A DNA stretch of 64,000 bases from Octopus sinensis (GCF_006345805.1 NC_043009.1:36766001-36830000); one strand, 5' to 3'; counted from the first letter of the stretch, positions 25,359 to 39,674 are shown. The notes: generated by a model not told the origin, from the letters alone. Program-made: numbers and translations.

Positions 25359-26281
25359 AAGTGAGTGTGTTTGTGTAGACACATATGCAAGTATATACAC
25401 AAATACATCTATGTGTATATATATGTATGTGTATATAATGCCATACACCTCCTGTCTCATTGCTTGTGACACTGCACTCACGACGAAGCAAAGACCCATG
25501 TGTATATAATTTATATATTATATACATATATGTATGCATATATATTTTATACGCACCCTAGAAGAAGTAATTTTATACCTCTTTCTTAAATCTGTTGAAC
25601 ACTTTATAATGTTGATATATTCATAATTATTCTCACTGTGATATTCACTATATTTCATATATTTCGAGCCAATCCGCATTTTCTGTTGCGTTTCGTTTCT
25701 CTAATAAAAGCGTTTAAAAATAACGCTGCAAATAAGTATAGTAACGCCGCATGTTATATGATATATTGGTGTCAAATGTTGGCACGCACAAGGCCAGCAA
25801 TTTCGTGGCAGGGGGTAAGTCGATTACATCGACTCTAGAATTCAACTGGAACTTATTTTATCGACCCCGAAAGCATTAAAAGTAAGTCCGACTCTGGGCG
25901 GAATTTGTACTTAGAACATAAATTCGGAAAAAAATGCCACTACGCATTTTGTCCGCGCAGTCACGATTCTGTCGCCTTGCCGCCTTTGCATGCTATAAGA
26001 TACATCTAATACTATAATATATATATTATAATACATTGGTTTCAAATTTGGGCACAAGGCCAGCAATTTTGAGGGGGGGGGTTAAATCAATTGTTCAACA
26101 GGTACTTATTTTATCGACTACGAAAGGATGAAAGGCAAAGTGGACCCCGGAAGCGTTTGCCTGCAGAGCGTTAAGTCGGAAGAAATGCCGCTTAGCATTT
26201 TGTTCGGCGCTGTCACGTTTCTGTCCGCTCGCCGCTGTTGTATGTTATAAGGTATATTATATTATAATATAATATATTATA

Positions 26282-26530
26282 AATTAATAGTTATCGCCAT
26301 ACTAATATGGCAATCTTATAAATATAAGACTAAAGCTGTCGATGATTAACTCCAAGAGGCCACCACCTCAAGCTAGCTATTTGACACACAATCTGCGTCT
26401 ATTATAGACTTTCGAACAGGGGAGGTCAGCCGCTTCATCCTGCTAGTCATATTAGTATGGCGATAACTATTAATTTCCAGTAACGCTGCCGTAATCTCTT
26501 TTAGAGAGACTTAGTAATTTTAATATTTCT
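26282..26530. mobile_element. MITE-like element with inverted arms (left arm clipped)
   Basis: attaatagttatcgccatactaatatg is inverted at 26446-26475. Homolog at 7937. Confidence 0.6.
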
Positions 26531-26641
26531 ATAATATATTATAATATGTAATATAATATATTATATTACTATTGTGACCTTTGAAAATTCCTCGTTGTAA
26601 GTAAGCATATTTAAAAACATTATGTTAATATATTAAACCGA

Positions 26642-26885
26642 GGAGGCGCGTGGCTTAGTGGTTAGGGTGTCAGCATCATGGATCGTAAGATTGTGGTTTC
26701 GATTCCTGAACCGGGCGACGCGTTGTATTCTTGAGCAAAGCACTTCATTTCACGTTGCTCCAATCCACACAGCTGGCAAAAAAGAGTAACGCTGCGATGG
26801 ACTGGTGTCCCGTCCAGCTGGGGAGCGCCATAGAAACCGGGAAACCGGGCCCATGAACCTGGCTAGGCTTTAAAAGGGCGCATTT
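26642..26885 (+). mobile_element. SINE family C (full length)
   Basis: GGAGGCGCGTGGCTTAGTGG head, GGTTTCGATTCC, end AAAAGGGCGCATTTA. Confidence 0.85.
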
Positions 26886-27517
26886 ATATTTATTAATATA
26901 TTAAACACAAGCAAAGAACTTCAAAAAGTTTCTTTTGAAATCCTGCCACTTAAGTAAACCTGTACATTAAGATAAAACATTTCATTTCAATTCAGTTCAG
27001 CTTATCTCAGCTGTCCTTCTATTTGTATATCTATTAATATATCACTCTATCTGCATATTTATTGATATAATTGTAGTCTCGCCTATCTATCTATCTATCT
27101 ATCTAAATGTGGTAACATATAACAATATTGACCAAGGTTACCGTGGTCTTCTTCGTAGGCTTTTCTTCCCACGGATAAACCTTACTTGCTTTCCCCTTTA
27201 CACCATATATCATAACACTGTGATACACGATTCCTATCGATCGTTCTTTTTTTCCTCTTCCCCTTTTTTTCCCCTTTTTTCTTCCTTTTTCATTTCTCTT
27301 TTCACTTGTTCCTTTTCCTTTTCCTTTTTTTTTCTTTCTTTATTCTTTTATTTATTTCTTTATTTTTTTTTGTTCTTTTCTTCCCTTTTACGATCCCTCT
27401 TATCGAAAACCTACGCCGCCACCCCCCTTTTTTTTTATTTCTTCATCCCCCAAAAGAAAAGCTCTACCTTGTAACTTGTCCCATCTGTGTGCAGCCCTGT
27501 GTGGCCAATAAAGAAAC

Positions 27518-27603
<86 letters not shown>

Positions 27604-28109
27604 GTCTGTCTGTCTGCCTGTCTGTCTGTCTGTCTATCTGTCTGTCTGTCAGTTTGTCTGTCTAATTAATACATCTGCTTTCCTTTCAGCCAATGTATGA
27701 ATCTTTCTACTCTCATAATACCAATAAACATTTAAAACTAATAAAAAAACTTAAACAAAACAAAAAAAAAAAAGAAAAATGGTGATGAATGACCTCAGTA
27801 TTTCGCCTGGAACACATAAAAGATAAAAGGGTAACATCCACAGATGTTTGCTACGGTTATTTCACTTTAATTTAAGAATCAATCTATCAATACATAAATG
27901 TATAGGCCTTCATGAAACTGTTAAACATTTTAATTGTGCTTGTGATTTGAATACACTTCTGCTCTCTCTCTCTATCTCTCTCTCATTCTAGTGTTTTCTT
28001 TTTCTGTTTTTTTTTCTTTACTGATTCCACTATTGGCGTTTCCCTCTTTGTCTTCCTTCTCTCCCTTCCCTCTTCTTCTTGTGTGTGTGTGTTGTGTATA
28101 TATATATAT

Positions 28110-28190
<81 letters not shown>

Positions 28191-28262
28191 CACACACACC
28201 ACACACACACATATATATATTATTATATATATTATAATATATATATATATATATATTATAGT

Positions 28263-28490
28263 GGAGGCGCGTGGTTTAGTGGTTAGGGTGTCAGCATCAT
28301 GATCGTAAGATTGTGGTTTCGATTCCTCGACCGAGTGACGCGTTGTGTTCTTGAACAAAACACTTCATTTCACGTTGCTCCAGTCCTCTCAGCCGGCAAA
28401 AATGAGTAACGCTGCGATGGACTGGCGTTCAGCTGGGGAACACAACCGGGGAACTGGGCCCATGAGCCTGGCTAGACTTTAAAAAAGCGC

Positions 28491-28494
<4 letters not shown>
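28263..28494 (+). mobile_element. SINE family C (full length)
   Basis: Closely matches 26642-26885. Inserted in (TA)n. Confidence 0.85.
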
Positions 28495-28547
<53 letters not shown>

Positions 28548-29024
28548 CTCCTTTGGCGTAACACGCGAACCACGGGAACACGCTGATTAAAGTTGGTTTC
28601 AAATTTTGGCACTATTTCGGGCTGGATTAAATCGACCCTAGTGCTCAACTGGTACTTATGTTATCGATTCTGAAGAATGAAAAACAAAGTCGACCTCAGT
28701 GGACTTCAAAACATTTTGCCATCTCACAGCCGTTATGAAGCAAAATAATATAACAGATTATAGGCCGTCCTCTTTCCCTCAGAATCAAACTCTAAGAATT
28801 CAAAATCTGGCGTCTCACACGGATATTCGTAATATATATATATATATATATATGTATAAAGCAGAAGCAACAGAAGGACTCAAGATCCGAGAGTTTCGGG
28901 CATTGGCACTTGAGTTCTATTTTTCCGGCTTGCATCACTTACACACCACACACACGCACACACACACACACAACACACACACACACACACACGCACACAC
29001 ACGCACACACACACACACACGCAC

Positions 29025-29055
<31 letters not shown>

Positions 29056-29146
29056 GATATGTTGGTGCAAATAGGAACCCCAAAGTGAGTATAGGTATAT
29101 TTTTATTAATATTTAACAGAAATAACAGAGTGACTCAAGGTCCGAG

Positions 29147-29190
<44 letters not shown>

Positions 29191-29192
29191 GT

Positions 29193-29224
<32 letters not shown>

Positions 29225-29349
29225 GTATTGGTATCCAGAAGACCCAAGATGGCAGGTCAGGCTATATAAGTGCTACGGGAAGGCTGCAGTTAGACTCTCG
29301 GTTCGATAATAATACGAGTGAGGAGTCTAATGCAGGCCTTGAGTGAGCA

Positions 29350-29396
<47 letters not shown>

Positions 29397-30482
29397 TTTC
29401 TTTGTCAATATGTCGCAAGGATATTCGTGGAAATGCGTGGTGTAGGGTTTAGGGTGTTCAGTTCATGATTCATGATTATATGAGGTCGCTGTATCAATTT
29501 CTGTATTGGTGGCTTCGCTGTATTTTGAGCAAAGCAATTCGATTCACCTTAGCTCATCTACTCAACTGAAAAGGAATATCGACTGAGTGCTAGTGCAGCT
29601 CTTTCTCTCCAGCTATCACATTCAGGATGTCCCACTGGGACTATGGTAGGAGTAAAGAGAGGCTGTTTCTCTATCTCTGCTCATGATTTTATGGGTACCT
29701 GAAACAATTGCTGAAAGCATGGTACATATTTCCATGCCATGCTTTCCTGGGAGTGTCAGCTGGGTATATATAGAAATATTCATTCTGGTATAAATAGCAG
29801 AGAGGGAATGTGCATATATTTTCAGGAGACTCGCTATAAATCATTGCAATAGTTAATGTTATTGCAAGGTGGTGGGTTGCCGGAGTTGCTAGAGCGTCAG
29901 ATTATTCCAGTTCACTGCACTCTAAGTTCAAATCACACTAGGGTAAACTTCATCTTTGACCCTTTTGAGGCGACGGCTGTCAGAATCGTTAGCACCCCAG
30001 GCGAAATGCTGAGCTGCGTTTCGTCCATTTTTACGTTCTCTGTTCAAATTCCGCCGAGGTGCACTTTGCTTTCACCCTTTCGGGGTCGAAAAAATAAGTA
30101 ATAGTTGTCCACTGGTGTCGATTAAACCGAAATTGCTGGCACTGTGCCAAAACTTGAAAGCAATATTTTACATTCTTTTTGTACAATTCATTTACGGTGT
30201 GTTGTACACACACGCACACACAAATATGAATATAAGTATCAATGCGTATATACCCGCATGTAGACACACACACACACACACCCACACCCACACCCACACA
30301 CACCCACACACACACACATACGCACATACATTGAGATATGCGTGTGTCCACATGCATATATACACACATTGATACCTATATTCACATATATATACACACA
30401 CAATCATGTATCATATACATATGTCTATCTATCATCTATCTATCATCTATCTATCTACTATCTATCTATCTATCTATCTATC

Positions 30483-30517
<35 letters not shown>

Positions 30518-30588
30518 TATAATATATATATATATGATTGAACAAATGAAAGAAAAGGAAGTTGGCACAGTAGGAACAGTTTTATATA

Positions 30589-30624
<36 letters not shown>

Positions 30625-31051
30625 TGTTGAGTGTATGTGTTTACATATGTTTCGGTGAATGTGTGTGTCGGTATGAAGACATCACACAAGATGTAGGCAT
30701 TATTTATTCCAGCGCGACTCAGTATATATGTACGTATGTGCGTGTGAATGCATTTTCACCGTATCAGCTTCAGCTACGTTGCTGCTATCTGTTCCAACTT
30801 CCACTGCATCGCTACTCTTTTCGCCTCTATCTTCCTCTCCCCCCCTCTCTCTCTATCTCTATCTCTCTCTCTTTCTCTCTTTCCGTTGCTGCAGCCAATC
30901 AACAGTGACATAGGTGGCTGCCTGTTAACCAATCATACAACTGCATCGCATTATGAGGCGTTCGATTTCTGTGAATGCGCTGCTGCCAGACAGACATTCA
31001 CAGCAGAGTCCGACACACACATCACTGCAAAATCAGCAGCTGCTTCTGCTG

Positions 31052-31143
<92 letters not shown>

Positions 31144-31574
31144 ACTACTACTACTACTACTACTACTACTAATTAGCTGAAATAGTATGGGAGACTGCCG
31201 GTCACTAGACCTGTAAGAAATAATAGTCTCAAATCCTCAAATCACATTTTAACATCTTTAAAAGGGGAGGACGCGTTTGATAATGTAGTCCTAAATACAC
31301 TAAAACCGAGAAAAATATGATCGCACCTTGAACTTGATAACAGCAACAAATAACAACAGCCACAACAGTAAAAATAATAATGATTTCAAATTTTGATCCA
31401 AGATCAGCAAGTTCGTGGGAGGGGTTAAGTCGATTACATCGACCCCAGTACACAACTGATATTTATTTTATCGATCCCGGAAGGATAAAAGGCAAATTGA
31501 GCCACGAGGATTTTGATCTTGGAATGTAAAGCTAGAAAAAATGCCGCTATGCATTTTGTTGCGTGCAGTAACTA

Positions 31575-31785
31575 TTCTTTTCTACTTCAGGCACAAGGCC
31601 GGAAATTTTGGGGGTAGGGGGTCAGTCGATTAGACCGACCCGAGTACACAACTGGTACTTAAATTAAGTAAAGAATGAAAGGCAAAGTCAACCTCGGCGG
31701 AATTTGAACTCAGAACGTACAGACAGACGAAATATCGCAAAGTATTTCGCCCGGCGTGCTATCGTTTCTGCCAGCTCACCACCTT
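31575..31785 (-). mobile_element. SINE family B variant
   Basis: Reverse complement has the family B head and core. A second, older copy lies at ~31380-31560. Confidence 0.8.
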
Positions 31786-32290
31786 AATAATTGATTTCAT
31801 ACCACAACGGCTCATTCACTCCCACCCTTGTCGTCTCTTTTCTCCGCATCACCTGTCTTATGTCCACACCCTCTGGAGTCACATCGACCACTATGGTCAA
31901 TCCTTCGTTCCGAGAAAGTCGATTCTCTACAATTTAGTGATTATCGGACACTAATAATCCGTCGATTACTGACGAGACCACAATATTGATCTACTCAACG
32001 CTGTCTTACTATTGTTATTCAGGTCCGTTTCGCGGCACTTTGAGGCCAATAGTACGAGCTGGAATCTGAATCCAGAACACAAAGAGCCATTATAGATACC
32101 ACTAGGCATTTCGTCCCATGCTCCAATCTTTCCCCGGTCATAATTGAGGATACATTCTGTCGTTTTGTAAGGGCGGACAGCAAGTCATGATGTTGCTATT
32201 CATTTGTCTGGGTTGACCACGTGGCATGGAATTGATGGTAGCTTACTCTGTCATTGACAGATTTTTTAATAGTATTTCTGGACCTCAGCA

Positions 32291-32503
32291 TTAACTCTGT
32301 GCCGCTAAAATGAGTTATTGATTCAGTTCTACAAATGTAAGTATTGATTATGTGCCGCCAAAATGAGCCAGTGACTCTCTGCTGCTAAAATAGGACGTTG
32401 ACACTGTGCCACTAAAATGAAACATTGATTCAGTGCTGCTAAAATAAGAAATTGATTTTGTGCAGCTAAAACGAGGTTTCGAGTTTGTGTGGCCAGAATG
32501 TGA
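32291..32503. repeat. Degenerate 27-bp minisatellite, ~8 units
   Basis: Units such as tgactctctgctgctaaaataggacgt, tgacactgtgccactaaaatgaaacat and tgattcagtgctgctaaaataagaaat. Confidence 0.8.
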
Positions 32504-32504
32504 C

Positions 32505-32945
32505 AAGGCGGCGAGCTGGCAGACTCGTTAGCACGCCGGGAGAAATTCTTAGCCGTATTTCGTCTGCCCTTATGTTGTGAGTTCTAATTCCGCCGAGGTC
32601 AACTTTGCCTTTCATCCTTTCGGGGTCGATTAAATAAGTACCAGTTACGCACTGGGGTCGATGTAATCGACTTAATACTATGTCCTGTCCTCTGTTTGTT
32701 GTCCCCTCTGTGTTTTAGCCCCTTGTGGTAATAAAGAAATAGGTATTTCGTCTGCGGCTACTTTCTGAGTTCAAATTCCGCCGAGGTCGACTTTGCCTTT
32801 CATCCTTTCGGGGTCAATTAAATAAGCACCAGATACGCATTGGGGTCGATATAATCGACTTAATCCGTTTGTATATCCTTGTTTGTCCCCTCTGTGTTTA
32901 GCCCCTTGTGGATAGTAAGGATATAGGTATTTCGTCTGTCTTCAC
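32505..32945 (+). mobile_element. SINE family B, tandem array
   Basis: Head at 32505. Units restart at TATTTCG at 32556, 32744 and 32928, and the third unit is cut off by a pLTR-type repeat. Confidence 0.85.
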
Positions 32946-33080
32946 TTTCTAGAAGAGTATTTTACGTTTCGAGGCTCGAAACGTAAAATACTTTTTCACT
33001 TCCTGAGCGTTATATTAATACATCTGTTTGTTTTGTACACCACCTGTCTTCGTCTTTTGTTTTTTTCGTGAACTCACCTA
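32945..33080 (+). mobile_element. Penelope-like terminal repeat with rearranged hammerhead motif
   Basis: Same family as 54087 and 58330. Its 5' junction is a perfect 17-bp hairpin (32957-32991). Confidence 0.6.
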
Positions 33081-33082
33081 TA

Positions 33083-33116
<34 letters not shown>

Positions 33117-33117
33117 T

Positions 33118-33173
<56 letters not shown>

Positions 33174-33206
33174 GCATGTATACACATATATACACAACAC
33201 ATACAT

Positions 33207-33261
<55 letters not shown>

Positions 33262-33275
33262 TACATACATATATG

Positions 33276-33349
<74 letters not shown>

Positions 33350-34368
33350 CGCATGCATACACACACGCACACCACACACGCATGCTCACCACCAAAAGTA
33401 TGTCCGCTGGATATTCTATCTTCCTGTCCAAGTAGTGACCGAGATCACAATATTGCCTCTGAATGGGGCGTCGTTCCGATGCAGGGTTACTAATTTTCAC
33501 CTGGGCAAATTGGTGCAAACTGAAAATGCTTTGATCAAGAACTAAACGCACCGCTCAGCCAGGTAATCGTAGCCTGCCGTATTGTAATCGTTAGTGCTGC
33601 ACCTTAACCATTAAACCAGGCACCTTCACGCATACTCACGCGCGCGCACACACACACACACGCACACACACACAAACACAGACACATACACAGATACATA
33701 CACATGCGTGCACGACGACAGAGGCACACCATGTACCTACGCGTATATAAATATTTGTGTGTGTGTGTGTGTATAAAGGTATACACACGCACCCATACAC
33801 ACACAAACTCACACACACACACACACACACACACGTATCCGTTGAATGCAAATAAGGCAGTATTAAACGATTATCTGCATCGCTTACTTAACGGATACAT
33901 GTCGTTGACAGGCGGGATACTGCGCTTTCCGTCCTAGACAAAATGTTTTTCGTAAACGTGCAGTGTGAAAAATAGCGTAATATATATCGGAGGGAGAGGA
34001 AAAATTGTCCCGGAAGCGGCAAAATGAATAGCCATGAAAGAGTTAAAGCTATATTCACATTTAACCAATTTCCATAGAGTCCCACTTCAGCTGCAAACAT
34101 ATCCACCCACCCACACACACAAGCAAACATACATAGATGCTTAAACATAAATATAATTGTATACTGGGTGTGTTAATGTTTGCATGTATAGGTAACTAAT
34201 CTAATATATCAATTTAACGGATATATATACGTATATACATATAATTGAATATAAACACTTCTTGCCCAGGTAAAGTATTGAACGCTTTCAACACAAAGGT
34301 TATAAATTAATTAGTATATACAGACTGTGTTTCTATATGTATGTATTATATATGAATATATATGTATG

Positions 34369-34399
<31 letters not shown>

Positions 34400-34402
34400 A
34401 TG

Positions 34403-34438
<36 letters not shown>

Positions 34439-35092
34439 CATACGTACATTCGCATATATGTGTATGTATGTATATATGTGTGTGTGTTTGTGTATATGTA
34501 TGTGTGTATGTATGAATGTACACAGACGCCGACACTCACACATGCATACACACACATATAATAACATACATGATCTTCACAATGTACATCATAATTCAGT
34601 TAATGGGGGAATGTAATCATTTGGAGTGCTCCACAACTAATTAAGAATTATTGGGTGCTATATTCATTACATGTGTAGAATGTATAAACAAAAAATTGAG
34701 CCTCGTATAATAATAATAATTATATACTCAGTGGAATTAGGTCAAAGCAACGTGTCTTGGAGGTTATTCAGACACAATCTTTCAGATAGTGCCGTTCCAT
34801 ATTTGTATATACATTATAAATGTTATACACACTGGTTTATGTATATATATGTTCGTTTGTTCTTTTATCTGTCTTAAAAGATTTTAGTCAAAGAAGTCAA
34901 CCCCAGGACTTATTCTTTGTAACCTTAGTACTTATTCTATCGGTCTTGTATGCCAAACCGCTAGGCTACGGGGACATAAACACGCCAGCATCAGTAGTCA
35001 AGCGATGGTTGGGGGGAAAAACACAGATACACACATAAATATATACATATACATTATATATATACAACACACATACATATATATATATATAT

Positions 35093-35130
<38 letters not shown>

Positions 35131-35401
35131 TATATATAGATATATATATATATATATTATAAATATATATACATATATATACGACGAGCTTCTTTCAGTT
35201 TCCATCTACAAAAATCCACTCACAAGGCTTTTGGTGGAAGACACTACCCCCCAATGTGCCATGTTGGGGACTGAACCCAGAACCATAAGGTCGGGAAAGC
35301 ACATAAAATGGAATTTATATTATTATATAGAAATAATATAAAATTATTCACGCACGCACACACACACACTTTTTATTAAAGCGGAAAAATTCTTCAAAAA
35401 C

Positions 35402-35508
35402 AGTTACTCAGAGTTTCACGCTACTGTTCGTCGGACAATTGCGATCATATAAAAAAACTAGAGTGACCGCAACTCTCCGACGAACGGTAACGTGAAACTG
35501 TGGGTAAC
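35402..35508. repeat. Inverted repeat whose arms each carry a CCGACGA..GAAA hammerhead-like motif
   Basis: Arms 35402-35446 and 35464-35508 are mutually complementary with a few mismatches. Confidence 0.6.
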
Positions 35509-35699
35509 AAATCGTGAAGGTTTCTACGGTTTTTATGAAAAGCACATAACTCTAACCTCGGTATTCGAGTACTATTTGTTTTCCTCCTTGCTTTGCATAT
35601 ATGTGCTTACTTGTTCATGCGCGTGCGCTTGTGTGAGTGCGCGCGCGCTTATAGACATATATATCCTTACATATTCACGTGTGTAGACACACACACGCA

Positions 35700-35796
<97 letters not shown>

Positions 35797-37481
35797 CATA
35801 CATACATATATATAGAATTAAGAGACAGAACCGCCATAAAGTAATTAATTCAATCAATAATGAAATATATTATCTATAATAAAATATAAATTTAAATATA
35901 TTATTAATATTGTAGTAAAAATTACTATACTAAATAATTCACATTATAATACACATAATGTGTATTAGTTAGTATAGTAATTTCTCGTACAATATTAATA
36001 ATATATTTAGATTTATATTTTATTATAGATAATATCTTTCAATATTGATTGAATTACTTTATAGAGGTCCTGTCTCATAATTCTATATATATTTAATATA
36101 TCGTGAAATTTGATTAAGTATTGCTAAACTGAGTTTGTTTTTCCCCTGTTGCCTTGGAATTTTATATTCCCTACTATTAATAATTATTTACATATATACA
36201 AAAATACATTATAAGGGCCTTGAAGGCTTGAAAGATGGCTTGAAAGATGGTGTACATCCTGTACAACTCTCAAAAAGGTAACTTTTTCCTGTACCAAGTT
36301 AATGTAATATTGGCAGTTTTAAACTTTAAAGTGGCACTTCGTCACACTTACATTAAAGGCGAGCTCTCACGTTTTGCGTCTGTCAATGCATGGCAGAGGC
36401 ACAATGTAAAAGCAACAGGAACAAATGTAACTAGTCATTAAAGATGTGATAAACTCTTTCTTTGACTTCTTTTAGAGGGATTATGTGTGTGTGTGTATGA
36501 ATGTATACACACGCCGAAACTCATACATACATAAACACATATATAATAACTAGACACACATGATCTTACACATTCATTATGCCATGTCGAGAGTGCCTGA
36601 TGATTGTGGCATAAGAGGCACGTTATAAACCAATGAAATTAATAGTAGACCTTAAAACATATATTGTGTTTATTAAATAATATTTGTATGTATTTATGTG
36701 TGTTTGTGTGTGTCTGTGTGTGTGTGTGAGAGAGAGAGAAAGAGCGGTTGTGTGTGAGTGTGTGTGTGTTTACGTGTGTGCATGTGTGTGCATGTGTATG
36801 TATGTTTGTGTTTGTGTTTGTGTGTGTGTGTGTGTGTTTGTGTGTGTGTGCGTGTGTGTTTGTGTTTGTGTGTGTGTGTGTGTGTGCGCACATAAAATAT
36901 ACAAAATATTATAAGAAACCTTTGAATGTCAGTCATAATAGATTTGCAGCAATGAAATAGTTATAAACTATTTTCCTCCGCCTCCGTCTTTACTTCTCTA
37001 TCTCGTCCTTCTCCTCCACCTCCTAATTAATTTTCAAAATGTCTTTCAGATCAATGTCAATTTTGGTCGACATCCAACCAACAGCGTTTTCTGTTACCTT
37101 CTCTTTTTACTTTATTTATCCATAAACCGTAAACTAAGTAGTTGGCTGTTGTTTTATTGCAGGATGGATGAAAGCAAGGAAGAAAAAAAAGATGCTACAT
37201 TACATTAACCCTGTGGTGGTAGTGGTAATGATGGTGGTGGGGGGGATGGTAGTGGTGGTGGCTGGCAAAGAGATGTGGAAGAAGAAGAAGAAGAAGAAGA
37301 AGAAGAAGAAGAAGAGATGGTGAGTTGTTGTCTAATCAGCTCTAAATTATATTATTACACGTTGGGGAGCCATTAGGGTCTAATCAAGTAATTATCAAAT
37401 TACAACTCTCAAGAGAATTTCCGAAGTGTTTAATTACATTCAATAAAATACACGATGATACATTTCACTTGTGTCAGATAT

Positions 37482-37516
<35 letters not shown>

Positions 37517-37652
37517 GTGTGTGTGTGTGTGTATGTGTGTGTGTGTGTGTGTGTGTGAGTGTGTGTGTGTACATAGACACACTCACTTATATGTATATAT
37601 GCGCATAATTGAATATAACGATAATACATATGTTGTTACACTGTTTTACACC

Positions 37653-37921
37653 TTTTACTTGTTTCAGTCATTTGACTGTGGCCATGCTGGAGCACCGCCT
37701 TTAGTCGAGCACATCGACCCCAGGACTTATTCTTTGTAAGCCTAGTACTTATTCTATTGGTCTCTTTGGCCGAACCGCTGAGTTACGGGGATGTAAACAC
37801 ACCAGCATCGGTTGTCAAGCGATGTTGGGGGGGGGGGACAAACACAGACACCCAAACATATACACACACACACACACACATACATACATACATGCATACA
37901 TACATACATACATACATGCAT

Positions 37922-37952
<31 letters not shown>

Positions 37953-38126
37953 CACATACATACAACGGACTTCTTTCATTTTCCGTCTACAAAATCCACT
38001 CACAAGGCTTTGGTTGACCCGAGGCTATAGTAGAAGACATTTGCCCAAGGTGTCACGCAGTGGGACTGAACCCGGAACCATGTAGTTCGTAAGCAAGCTA
38101 CTCACCACACAGCCACTCCTACGCCT
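37653..38126 (-). mobile_element. SINE family A (full length, expanded CA/TACA spacer)
   Basis: Complete head and tail. Matches 8286-8705. Confidence 0.9.
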
Positions 38127-39003
38127 GTTAAATTATATTTAGGGGAGGTAGATTAACGAGGGGGTAAGCTTCAATGTGGTCGCTCGACCTAACAGCAAAT
38201 TCTCCTCCGAAACTGTCTTTACTCTCTGAAAAAAATGATAAAGAAATGGAAGTCGATATTGAATTGGAAAAGAAATGGAAGTCTGATATTTCTTTCGTGA
38301 TGCGATGATCATGGCTGGAATTATTTATTTAGCTTGCACCAGAGTCTAAAGAACTACAGCAACAAAAATATGTTCTGGATCAGCGGTGAACCTCAATAGT
38401 GACGCCTCTACTTCCAAAATAAGCAGCTAAATCTCTGTCAAATCATGCCTAAAGAACTTTAGAAAACCGTTTCTGAATTTGACACAAGGCCAGCAATTTT
38501 GGCAGGAAACGTGGTAGTCGATACCATGGACTCCATTATGTTTTACTATTTTTTTAGACCTTGGCTATATTTGAATTCATAATGTAAGGAACTGGAGGAA
38601 ATAGAGCAAGGCATTTTTGTGGCACTCTCATTGGAAAATGCTATGTAAAACACGCTTTAGTCATGTCTGGGACATTTTATTTGTTAGTTTGGTCTGGTGC
38701 AAAAAAACTTGTTGTCCATTTGAGAACGATGGCACCGGCGTAGTTAATATTCCCTAATCTGTTTTACGTTAACGTCAACGGGAAAAGAACTTGAGCAGGG
38801 GGTGATAGCATTCTGGGGAGGAAAGGTTGTATGGTTGGTAAATATAGGACCTATGCATAGACAGAGTACGAGTATGTCGGGATTGCTTCATCATAGTTTT
38901 CGTGAATCAAGGGTAACGTGATCTCCGGCTAAATGCCATTAACAACAAATAGAACAATATAAAGTATCTCCATATAAATGTGTCCAATATCATAATATAA
39001 CAT

Positions 39004-39230
39004 AGGCGGAGAGCTGGCAGAGACGTTAGCGCGTTGGGCAAAATGCTAGACTTCATTACGTCCTTCTTCAGGTTCTGAGTTCAAATTTCGCCGAGGTCGA
39101 ACTTGCATTTCATCCTTTCGGGGTCAATAAAATAAAGTACCAGTGGGGTACTGAAGTCGATGTAATCGACTTAAGCCCCACCCCCAAAAAACTGCTGGCT
39201 CTGATTGAAAATTTGAAATGAATATTATAA
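39004..39230 (+). mobile_element. SINE family B variant
   Basis: aggcggagagctggcagagacgttagc..ctgagttcaaatttcgccgaggtcga. Confidence 0.8.
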
Positions 39231-39674
39231 TATAATATAAGTGCTTAACATAAGTAACGCGTGTCGCATGACTGGCATATCAGTGAAGGAAACATAAGAA
39301 AAAAAAGTAATGCTTCTAAAGTGATTTATATCATGGCTGTTTGGTGTTGTTGATGATAATGATGATGATGATGATAATGATAATTTCTAGTTAGTGGTAT
39401 GCGATTATTTTTTTAACTATATTTCAGATTTTAAATTAAAATGAAACGGCTGAAGATTAATCGGAAATGCCTTTAAAATATGGAATTGGACAAGAGTTCT
39501 ACTGTAAAGAATGATGACCAATCGGAGATTAATTGATCTCTTGATATGATATTTGTGTCACTCAACCACACGTTCTTGGGTTTAGTCCACTGCATGTCAC
39601 CATCGACAAAGGTTTTCTACTACAGCCTCTATCACAGGAAATGAAAGAAGCCTGGTGTATATGTACATACGTAC

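Noticed and set aside
32291-32503. CRISPR-like appearance of short periodic repeats (also the 184-bp arrays)
   Set aside because: No unique spacers, degenerate units, eukaryotic context and no cas genes.
38858-38922. CpG-containing island with a possible exon
   Set aside because: Weak acceptor, no recognisable product and no frame preference.
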